53,232 bases of DNA, taken from Promethearchaeota archaeon (GTDB lineage: Archaea > Asgardarchaeota > Thorarchaeia > Thorarchaeales > Thorarchaeaceae). The stretch spans positions 1 through 53,232 of the forward strand of contig JBHLPF010000021.1 of the NCBI GenBank assembly GCA_048939765.1. Reading direction: 5' to 3'. The position numbers were made by a program, and so were the translations under genes. Shown here piece after piece: positions 1 to 8,029 of the stretch (the stretch's first letter is position 1; each line of letters starts with the position of its first letter). The notes beneath the pieces are model-generated. The model was not told the origin of the DNA. It was given only the letters and a program-made list of their open reading frames with translations, and did no database searches.

Positions 1-1
1 G

Positions 2-136
2 TTCAATATGAAGAAGCAAGAGCTTGGTGTAATCGAGTGGAACATAGACCTTGAGCCCAAAGAGAAGAGGAATATCGAGTATGATTATGAGGTAGAATGG
101 GAACGCAACGTTACGATACGCCCACCGCTACCCTGA
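2..136 (+). CDS. 3' end of a DUF4139-family (MuiA-like) protein, truncated by the window edge
   Basis: My translation of frame 2 reads FNMKKQELGVIEWNIDLEPKEKRNIEYDYEVEWERNVTIRPPLP*. This closely matches the C-terminus of the next gene (LGVLEWKVDIEAQKELRIKYAFEVEWERDLTIRPPLP). Absent from the ORF track. Confidence 0.85.
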   Translation, partial: FNMKKQELGVIEWNIDLEPKEKRNIEYDYEVEWERNVTIRPPLP

Positions 137-145
137 GGAGGTGTA

Positions 146-1738
146 ATGATGACAGTAGAGATGAAGACTAATATAACCAGTGTGATGGTGTTTCGTGACG
201 GTGCCAGAGTAACACGGTCTGGTAAGGAACAAATTGTACCGGGCGAACAAGAGGTCATCATTGCCGGTTTATCCTATCTCGCGCAGGATGACAGTTTCCG
301 AGTCAAAGGTAGAGGTGCAGCATTACTCAAAGGGATTGATGTGAAGCAGAAGACTCAGACTTTTGAGCCTGAAGGAAATCTGGGAGCCCTACTAGAGGAA
401 TTGGAAACGCTTCAGAAAGAACGACAGATTATCACCGACAAGATAGAACAGCAGAAATCACGATTGGGATTTCTTTCCTCCATATCTCAGCAGTTTTCCA
501 CGGAGTTTGGCAAATGGTATGCGGCTGGAGAATCCGGGATGGAGCAGCTGGACGCCATGGATAAGACAAGTATGAAGCTTGTGAGCGATGCTAAGAAGAA
601 GATTCGGGAACTGCACGACGCCCTAGAGGAGATAGATGCGAAGGTACAGGTGGTTCAAACAAATATACAACGGATGCGGGGGCACAGACGCACTGAGACC
701 ACCAAAGAGGTGAAGGTACTACTGGATGTCAAGGAGAACACGGAAATCGAGCTGGAGATGACATACCAGCTAGGTGCCTCTGGTTGGACGCCCACTTATG
801 ATGTGGACATAGGAGATGAAACTGCCAGCGTGAAAAGAATCGCTATGGTACAAAATGGAACGTTGGAAGACTGGGTCGATGTAGAGCTAGTCGTTTCAAC
901 TGCGAGTGCCAGGCGAGTTGAAGCTGTGGAGGCTACACCATTCTATGTAGATGTACATTCACACGCAATTGGCCGCGGCCTATCCGGTGTTGCCTCGAAA
1001 GGCTATGCAGAAGGAGCCGCGGACATGGATGAAGAATTGGATCTATATGCGATGGAAGAAGCGCCAATGCCCGAGCCAATCCCGGAAATCATTGAAACCT
1101 ATGCAACTGCCAGTGAAACTCTTGGGGGGACAATAATATACGATGTTCCCGGAAAGGTTACACTAACTGCAGGTGAGGAACCACAGCCGATAACACTGAC
1201 TGAGGAGTCCTTTGAAGCGAAACGCTTGTACTTCTGGAATGCCTATGCAATGCCGGAAGTCGTGGCTCAGGATGAAATAACTAACGGCGACTCTGTAATG
1301 CTTCCGGGCAATGTCAGAGTCTATGCGAAAGGAGATTTCCTTGGTGAGACTAACATTGGTCTCAAGGCACCTCGCGAGACCTTCAGGCTGGGGACCAGAA
1401 CTGCGTATGATGTGAAAGCTGAGAAGAAGCTCGTAGAGAAGGATACCGAGAAGGCAGGATTGACCAGAGGAAAACGCAGACGAGGATACCAATATCAACT
1501 TGAGATCAAGTCCTTCTCAAAGGAACCACTAGATATCCGCATTGTTGACCGCATTCCTCATAGCAATTCTGAGAAGATACAAGTTGAGTTTAGGCCACTG
1601 GATTTGGAACCCAAGAAGAACATATTGGGTGTCCTCGAGTGGAAAGTCGATATCGAAGCCCAAAAGGAGCTAAGAATCAAATACGCCTTTGAAGTGGAAT
1701 GGGAAAGAGACCTGACGATAAGACCTCCATTGCCGTAG
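146..1738 (+). CDS. DUF4140/DUF4139 protein (mucoidy inhibitor MuiA family)
   Basis: N-terminal ITSVMVFRDGARVTR, central coiled coil, ASGWTPTYD, QNGTLEDW..VELVVST, and C-terminal VDRIPHS...LEW motifs. GAGGAGG Shine-Dalgarno upstream. Confidence 0.85.
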   Translation: MMTVEMKTNITSVMVFRDGARVTRSGKEQIVPGEQEVIIAGLSYLAQDDSFRVKGRGAALLKGIDVKQKTQTFEPEGNLGALLEELETLQKERQIITDKIEQQKSRLGFLSSISQQFSTEFGKWYAAGESGMEQLDAMDKTSMKLVSDAKKKIRELHDALEEIDAKVQVVQTNIQRMRGHRRTETTKEVKVLLDVKENTEIELEMTYQLGASGWTPTYDVDIGDETASVKRIAMVQNGTLEDWVDVELVVSTASARRVEAVEATPFYVDVHSHAIGRGLSGVASKGYAEGAADMDEELDLYAMEEAPMPEPIPEIIETYATASETLGGTIIYDVPGKVTLTAGEEPQPITLTEESFEAKRLYFWNAYAMPEVVAQDEITNGDSVMLPGNVRVYAKGDFLGETNIGLKAPRETFRLGTRTAYDVKAEKKLVEKDTEKAGLTRGKRRRGYQYQLEIKSFSKEPLDIRIVDRIPHSNSEKIQVEFRPLDLEPKKNILGVLEWKVDIEAQKELRIKYAFEVEWERDLTIRPPLP

Positions 1739-1781
1739 CGAGATTCGGCATTTGCAGATGTCCTTACGGAGAGCCGACAGC

Positions 1782-1788
1782 TTAAATA
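1782..1788 (+). promoter_or_regulatory. Candidate archaeal TATA box for the ABC transporter operon
   Basis: TTAAATA in the intergenic gap about 70 nt upstream of the likely TTG start at 1860. Motif match only. Confidence 0.35.
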
Positions 1789-1859
1789 CGGATGAATACA
1801 GAATCTTAGGCACAACTCGCGAAAGACTTGTTTCGCTTGTTGGTAAAGGAGGAAACCTC

Positions 1860-3524
1860 TTGTCAAGAAACCAACAAATTGCGATAGTAGTCATTATTGT
1901 AATTGCTATCGGTGGAATTGCAGGCTATATGCTGCTATTCCCGCCGGCTGCACCGGAGGATGTCATTATCGTTGGAACGACTGATACCGTTGAAGCCAGC
2001 TTAGATCCGGCGCAATCTTATGACTACTTCGGTTGGCAAATTATCTCAGCTCTGAGCTCCAAGCTCGTAGAAATAGATCCGGGTTCGGAGGGGACGGCTG
2101 AAGATATTGTGCCTGCTCTCGCCACTAGCTGGACGAGAAGTACCGATGGAAAAACATGGGACTTCACATTGCGACAAGGCGTGTCATTCTTCGATGGAGT
2201 GGCATTCAACTCTACGGTTGTGAAGTACAGCTTCGATAGGAATTGCAATCTCACTGGTACTGGTCTGCAAGAGCCTGATGGCCCGCAATACAACATGGGT
2301 TATGCTGACATCATTCATGATGTTGAGGTAACAGGCACTTACACGGTCCGGTTCAACCTGAATATTGCATTCGCACCATTCCTGCAACTCATGGCGTGTG
2401 CAGCGTCCACAATGGTGCATCCAGACTATGCACCACTTGCTGATGGCGATCCTGCCACCATCGATTACGTGCAGTACACTGCTGGTGATCCCCGTGCTAG
2501 CCATCCAAACGGACTAGGTTCCTATATCCTCACTGAGTGGGTACGTACTGGTGGTGAAGATGAGTCAATGACTCTCGAAGCCAACGAGGCCTACTGGGAC
2601 TATCCAAATCTTCCAAAGACTGATAAAATCATCATCCAATTCTTCGAAGATGAGGCTAGCCTTGCAGCAGCCATGACTGCTGGTGACATTGATGTCGCAT
2701 ACAGACATCTCACCCCGCAGCAAGTGGACGGCTTCCGAGACAATGCCGCCTACCACGTGTGGGAAGGCATCGGCGCTGCTATCCAGTACATGTTGTTCCA
2801 GCAGGAGATCGCTCCATACAATGAAACGATAATTCGACAGGGAATAGCTGCTGCTCTTAACAGGAGCAATGTGGCTGAAACTGTATTCGTCGGAACGGTT
2901 GATCCATTGTATAGTATTATTCCTGCAGGCATGGCATTCCACAGGCCTAGCTTTGAGGTCTACGGTGATGCAAACTACACTTTCACTCAAACTGCTCTAG
3001 CTACCAAAGGCTATAATTCCACAAATAAGCTCGTGATCGAACTATACTATGAGTCTTCAGGACATTATCCATCGAGTGCTGAGCAGGCTGCAGTGTATAA
3101 GAGCGATCTTGAGGCAAGTGGAGTCATAACGGTGAATCTCCACAACTATGACTGGCCTACCTACAGAGAACACAGGAATGCTGGAGATATGGATGTCTTC
3201 ATCTACGGATGGTATCCTGACTTCATTGACCCTGATAACTATGGCTTCCTGCCATTTGCGTCTTGGCTCAATCTAGGATACAACAGCACATATCCACAGG
3301 GTGGTATTGACCAGAATGCTCTATGGGTGGAAGGACGCAGTGCTGAGAATGATGCTGGTAGGCAAGCAGCTTACTACGATCTTCAGGATCTGCAGGCACA
3401 GGAAGTTTCATGCATTCCACTCTGGCAGGGTCAGAGCAACGCGATCTCAGTCAGTAGTGTCATTGGTATTGTCCTAGATATTACTGTGGACTTCCGTTAC
3501 TGGCTACTTGATTGGAGTACGTAG
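1860..3524 (+). CDS. dppA: ABC transporter substrate-binding protein, family 5 (DppA/OppA-like), N-terminally membrane anchored
   Basis: SLDPAQSYD, IVPALATSW, FTLRQGVSFFDG, IRQGIAAALNR and GWYPDFIDPD motifs. The start is probably TTG at 1860 (AAGGAGG just upstream, followed by a hydrophobic anchor) rather than 1752. Confidence 0.9.
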   Translation: MSRNQQIAIVVIIVIAIGGIAGYMLLFPPAAPEDVIIVGTTDTVEASLDPAQSYDYFGWQIISALSSKLVEIDPGSEGTAEDIVPALATSWTRSTDGKTWDFTLRQGVSFFDGVAFNSTVVKYSFDRNCNLTGTGLQEPDGPQYNMGYADIIHDVEVTGTYTVRFNLNIAFAPFLQLMACAASTMVHPDYAPLADGDPATIDYVQYTAGDPRASHPNGLGSYILTEWVRTGGEDESMTLEANEAYWDYPNLPKTDKIIIQFFEDEASLAAAMTAGDIDVAYRHLTPQQVDGFRDNAAYHVWEGIGAAIQYMLFQQEIAPYNETIIRQGIAAALNRSNVAETVFVGTVDPLYSIIPAGMAFHRPSFEVYGDANYTFTQTALATKGYNSTNKLVIELYYESSGHYPSSAEQAAVYKSDLEASGVITVNLHNYDWPTYREHRNAGDMDVFIYGWYPDFIDPDNYGFLPFASWLNLGYNSTYPQGGIDQNALWVEGRSAENDAGRQAAYYDLQDLQAQEVSCIPLWQGQSNAISVSSVIGIVLDITVDFRYWLLDWST

Positions 3525-3551
3525 TGTCCACGCTGGAACTAATCAATAATC

Positions 3552-3592
3552 GGTGCTACTGACTCAGTAGCACCAACCTATCTTTTTGCTTT
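3552..3592 (+). terminator. Perfect 10-bp hairpin followed by a T-rich tract after dppA
   Basis: GGTGCTACTG-ACT-CAGTAGCACC (3552-3574), then AACCTATCTTTTTGCTTT. Confidence 0.55.
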
Positions 3593-3706
3593 ATTATCTC
3601 CTAGAGGGGACGAGATATATATGACATCATCAGTGGCTCACTCCGCATTCCTTAAAACACCGTTTCACGCGTGTCAGAGATAGATTATAGAATAGAGGTC
3701 TGTAAG

Positions 3707-4723
3707 ATGTCATTAAGGTCCTACATCGTGAGTCGAGTGCTGCTCACAATTCCTATGATAATGCTTCTACTTACGCTGGTGTTCATCATACTCAGGATTG
3801 TCCCAGGTGATCCCGCATTATTACACTTTGAGAAGAACGTTGACCCTGAAGTTCTTGCGCAGTTCAGAGCTACCTTGGGACTCGATAAACCTATTCTCGA
3901 CCAATATTGGGATTATCTGAGCGGGATATTTAGAGGGGACTTTGGACTATCGATGCAGGACTTTGCTCCCATCACAGATCATCTTGTTAGCAGATTTCCA
4001 GCTACAGTAGAACTAACAATCTACGCCATGCTCATTACAGTAGGTCTAGGTGTATTCTTGGGAGTGAAGTCCTCAAAGAACTATGATACCAAAACAGACC
4101 AAGGAATAAGGCTATTCGGAATTGTCACCTATGCTATTCCAGTGTTCTTTCTCGGAATGATATTCCAATTCATCTTTTCAATATGGCTTGGTTGGCTGCC
4201 TACTGGTCAGCGTTTTGACCCTCGACTACGCGCATATCAACCTGCGCCTATCACCGGGCTTTACACAATCGATAGCCTCCTTACAGGTAACATCATAGGC
4301 TTTGTTACTTCAATCAGGTTTCTCATACTTCCATCTATTACTCTTGGCCTGATTCTATGCGGTGTTTTCATTCGACTCACCAGAACTAATATGCTTGAAA
4401 CTCTTCGCCAGGATTTTGTGGTGGCGGCTGAGGCTAGGGGTCTATCAGAACGCACCGTCACATACGGCTATGCGCTGAAGAATGCATTTCTTCCAATCTT
4501 GACAATGATTGGATTGCAATTCGCGATTCTTCTAGCCGGAGCAATTTTGACTGAAACCACATTCAATTGGCCAGGACTAGGGACATATCTCGTTACCCGC
4601 ATTGGCTATCGAGACTACACAGCAATTCAGGGTACTGTTGTATTCTTTGGAATTCTAGTCAGCTTGGTGAGTCTCTTTATCGACATTCTATATGCCTACT
4701 TAGATCCAAGGATACGGCTGTGA
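3707..4723 (+). CDS. dppB: ABC peptide transporter permease (DppB/OppB)
   Basis: PGDPA, LGLDKP...QYW, RFPATVEL, EAA-loop AEARGLSE and YAYLDPRIR motifs. Likely start is ATG 3707 (the track gives 3671). Confidence 0.92.
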   Translation: MSLRSYIVSRVLLTIPMIMLLLTLVFIILRIVPGDPALLHFEKNVDPEVLAQFRATLGLDKPILDQYWDYLSGIFRGDFGLSMQDFAPITDHLVSRFPATVELTIYAMLITVGLGVFLGVKSSKNYDTKTDQGIRLFGIVTYAIPVFFLGMIFQFIFSIWLGWLPTGQRFDPRLRAYQPAPITGLYTIDSLLTGNIIGFVTSIRFLILPSITLGLILCGVFIRLTRTNMLETLRQDFVVAAEARGLSERTVTYGYALKNAFLPILTMIGLQFAILLAGAILTETTFNWPGLGTYLVTRIGYRDYTAIQGTVVFFGILVSLVSLFIDILYAYLDPRIRL

Positions 4724-4735
4724 GGTGAGAGAGTC

Positions 4736-6010
4736 GTGGGAAATAGGCAAGATACAAAGATTATCAGCGGGATTTTCTACCAACTCAGTCCTAAGAGGGA
4801 AACATTCGAGAAGCAGTCGCGGATGTGGTGGGCGATCTTCATCATCGTCGTGGGAGGGTCACTCGTCCTCCTCGCCGGGTTGTTCATTCTCGCAGCTAGG
4901 TCAATAAGCCAGATTGGAATTCAAGTTGTGCTAACCACTTTCCTAATCATGATTGGCATGGCTATTGTTCTAGCGATTAAGGATCTGAAGGTGGTCGACC
5001 AGACTTTCACAGTTGCACAGGGCTATGCATTATTCCTGGTGATGTGTCTAGTTGTTGCATTGGCAGCATTCCCCCTCAGTATGATTTTCCTCCCAGAGGA
5101 TGGCTTCCTTCTTTGGGTAGCTATTACCGGTGGAGGACTCACATTGTCCTTCGCCTTGCTCGTAATACGCGATTTCTATCCAGAATTGATGCAGCGAGGT
5201 ACAGCAGGCATTTTGACAATCTCAGGGATTTTGATTGTGTTTGCAATTGTATACATGACTTCCCTTGCCCCCTTCATAGTTCCTTATGATCCATTCACAA
5301 TTAATGCAGGACCAGTACTAGCTCCACCATCCAACAGATTTCCTCTTGGTACTACCAACCTTGGACAGGATATGCTGAGCAGAGTAATTGCAGGTGGTGC
5401 CACAATGCTACAAGTTGCGGCAATCTCGGTGGCTGTATGTTTCACAATCGGGGTGCCTGTTGGTCTGCTAGCCTCATATAGAGGTGGACTCACAGACCGT
5501 TTTCTTTCACTAGTGATGGACAGCATTTTCGCTTTTCCTGGTCTTGTCCTTGCAATTGCCATTGCGGCAATGCTAGGTCCGGGAGCTATTAACATGGCGA
5601 TTTCCATTGCTGTTGTATACATTCCTTCATATTTCAGAGTGGTCAGAAGTCAGGTGCTAACAATCAGAGAACTGCCCTATGTTGAAGCAGCTGTTGTCAT
5701 GGGGGCTAGAGACCGCGATATCATGTTTCGTTATATCCTTCCCAATGCATTGCCCTCAGCAATGGTTGTGATGTCGATTAATTTTGCGGATGCAGTTCTA
5801 ACGGCGGCGGGATTGACCTTCGTGGGTTTGGGCCTTCCAGTTGACATTGCTGATTGGGGTTGGGACTTGACAGCAGGCAGAAATCAAATGATTGTTGGAG
5901 CTTGGTGGATGAGCAGCTTCCCAGGATTGATGATTGTCATTCTAGCGCTTGGATTCACACTTGCGGGAGATGGCTTGAATGAGATACTGACCCCCAAGCT
6001 TCAGGAGTGA
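4736..6010 (+). CDS. dppC: ABC peptide transporter permease (DppC/OppC) with an extra N-terminal membrane segment
   Basis: PLGTTNLGQDMLSRV, YVEAAVVMGA and GDGLNEIL motifs. About 150 extra hydrophobic residues at the N-terminus. Confidence 0.9.
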   Translation: MGNRQDTKIISGIFYQLSPKRETFEKQSRMWWAIFIIVVGGSLVLLAGLFILAARSISQIGIQVVLTTFLIMIGMAIVLAIKDLKVVDQTFTVAQGYALFLVMCLVVALAAFPLSMIFLPEDGFLLWVAITGGGLTLSFALLVIRDFYPELMQRGTAGILTISGILIVFAIVYMTSLAPFIVPYDPFTINAGPVLAPPSNRFPLGTTNLGQDMLSRVIAGGATMLQVAAISVAVCFTIGVPVGLLASYRGGLTDRFLSLVMDSIFAFPGLVLAIAIAAMLGPGAINMAISIAVVYIPSYFRVVRSQVLTIRELPYVEAAVVMGARDRDIMFRYILPNALPSAMVVMSINFADAVLTAAGLTFVGLGLPVDIADWGWDLTAGRNQMIVGAWWMSSFPGLMIVILALGFTLAGDGLNEILTPKLQE

Positions 6011-7017
6011 TGGATTTGACTGACCTTCTTAGAATCGAGAATCTTGTAGTGGAATACACTACAAGGCGCGGGACAGCTCGCGCTTTGGATAGAGCATCTA
6101 TAACTCTTGAAGAGAACAAGACTCTTGGCTTGGCTGGAGAGTCCGGATGCGGAAAGAGTACACTTGGGAGAGCTATTATGAGACTAGTGCCATATCCAGG
6201 TAAGATCATCGAGGGTGATATTTACCTGAATCTGGACAGACCGGTTTCAACTGAAACGGAGGATATTCCTGCGGGCGAAATCAATCTGATGGATCTAGAT
6301 GAGCACCAAATGCGGGCCCTGCGCGGACGCATGATTGCCTACATCTTCCAAGATCCGATGACATCCTTGAATCCTATGCTAAAAATCGGAGACCACTTCA
6401 TCCAGATTATGAAAGCCCATGACCCGACAATTGAGGATGAAGCTGCACTGGATAGGGCAAAGGAGATTCTAGATGGCTTAGGCATCCTACCTGAGCGAGT
6501 CACGGATTATCCTCATCAGTTCAGTGGAGGTATGCGTCAGCGTGTGATGATTGGACTGGGTCTTGCTCTTCGACCAAGGCTACTGATATCTGATGAGCCA
6601 ACGACCTCATTGGACGTCATCGTGGAGGCCCAAATCCTTGAGCAAATGGCGGAATTAAAGGAGAAGTTCAATCTGACAATGATTCTAATCACCCACAATC
6701 TGGGAGTGTTGGCACAGACTGCAGATGACATAGCAGTCATCTATGCAGGTCGAATTATGGAGCATGCGAGCACTGATGCGCTTTTTGGAGACCCACAGCA
6801 TCCCTACACCAAAGCTCTGCTTGACGCGGTTCCTGATGTGTCAAAGCCCGAAAAGCAACTCACATGGATTCCAGGAGCGCCTCCCGATTTGATTGACTTC
6901 ATACCAGGATGCATGTATAACCCTAGATGCCCTCATGCGATGGATGTCTGTAGAGAGAAAGAGCCACCTCTGATTCCAAGCAAGAATGGAGGAAAAGTTG
7001 CCTGCTGGCTGTACTAG
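6007..7017 (+). CDS. dppD: ABC peptide transporter ATP-binding subunit (DppD)
   Basis: Walker A GESGCGKS, FQDPMTSLNP, signature FSGGMRQR, DEPTT, HPYT and C-terminal Cys cluster. Confidence 0.95.
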   Translation: MMDLTDLLRIENLVVEYTTRRGTARALDRASITLEENKTLGLAGESGCGKSTLGRAIMRLVPYPGKIIEGDIYLNLDRPVSTETEDIPAGEINLMDLDEHQMRALRGRMIAYIFQDPMTSLNPMLKIGDHFIQIMKAHDPTIEDEAALDRAKEILDGLGILPERVTDYPHQFSGGMRQRVMIGLGLALRPRLLISDEPTTSLDVIVEAQILEQMAELKEKFNLTMILITHNLGVLAQTADDIAVIYAGRIMEHASTDALFGDPQHPYTKALLDAVPDVSKPEKQLTWIPGAPPDLIDFIPGCMYNPRCPHAMDVCREKEPPLIPSKNGGKVACWLY

Positions 7018-7029
7018 GAGGAATAATGT

Positions 7030-8007
7030 TTGAAGCTAGTCGAAGTGAGAAATGTCAAGAAGTATTTCCCAGTACAGAAAGGTTTCATCGATCAGATCAT
7101 TTCCGGGAAACAGACCTTTGTAAAAGCAGTGGATGATGTATCCTTCTATGTGAAGAAAGGAGAAGTCCTTGGCTTGGCAGGGGAGAGCGGCTCCGGCAAG
7201 ACCACCATGGGTCGACTATGCGTTAGGCTCATTGAGCCAACAGAGGGTCAGATATTGTTTGATGGGCAGGACATTGCACCCCTGAAAGGCAAGCAGCTCC
7301 GACTAATGAAAAGGAGAATTCAATTCACCTTTCAAGACCCCACATCCTCGCTCAACCCGCGGCTTACGATTGGCGAGGCCATTGCGGATGCTCTCAAGCT
7401 GCAAGGGATTGGAGAGAAGGACGAACAGGAGGGAAGGGCTCGAGAGGTTCTTGAACGAGTAGGCCTTGCTCCTGCAGCCTCATTCTATAACCGGTTGCCT
7501 CACCAACTGAGCGGTGGTCAGAAACAAAGAGTCGTATTTGGAAGAGCCATAGTTCTCAATCCGGAGTTCATCGTAACAGATGAGCCAGTAGCTATGGTAG
7601 ATGTTTCAATCAAAGCCCAGATTCTTGAGCTCATGATGGACCTGAAGAGAGATCTGAATCTAACATACCTCTTCATCTCGCATGACCTGTCCACTGCACG
7701 ACATGTCTGTGATTACATTGCAATCATGTATCTCGGCAAATTGATTGAGATTGCAGATAAAGACCAGATCTATGAGGACCCACTTCATCCATACAGCCAA
7801 GGATTAATGAGTGCAATACCCATTCCAGATCCGAAGGCTCAGAAGGCAGCTCCAATTCCAAAAGGTGAGATTCCAAGTCCAATTGATCCCCCTTCAGGAT
7901 GCCGCTTTCATCCTAGGTGCCCCAAGGCCTTTGACAAGTGTTCCAAAGAAGAGCCGGAGCTAATATCTGTTGGAAATGGAAGGGTTGTAGCCTGTCATCT
8001 GTATTGA
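7030..8007 (+). CDS. dppF: ABC peptide transporter ATP-binding subunit (DppF)
   Basis: GESGSGKT, LSGGQKQR, DEPV, SHDL, GCRFHPRC and VACHLY motifs. Confidence 0.95.
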   Translation: MKLVEVRNVKKYFPVQKGFIDQIISGKQTFVKAVDDVSFYVKKGEVLGLAGESGSGKTTMGRLCVRLIEPTEGQILFDGQDIAPLKGKQLRLMKRRIQFTFQDPTSSLNPRLTIGEAIADALKLQGIGEKDEQEGRAREVLERVGLAPAASFYNRLPHQLSGGQKQRVVFGRAIVLNPEFIVTDEPVAMVDVSIKAQILELMMDLKRDLNLTYLFISHDLSTARHVCDYIAIMYLGKLIEIADKDQIYEDPLHPYSQGLMSAIPIPDPKAQKAAPIPKGEIPSPIDPPSGCRFHPRCPKAFDKCSKEEPELISVGNGRVVACHLY

Positions 8008-8029
8008 ATGGATTCCGTCCAAAATCCAA

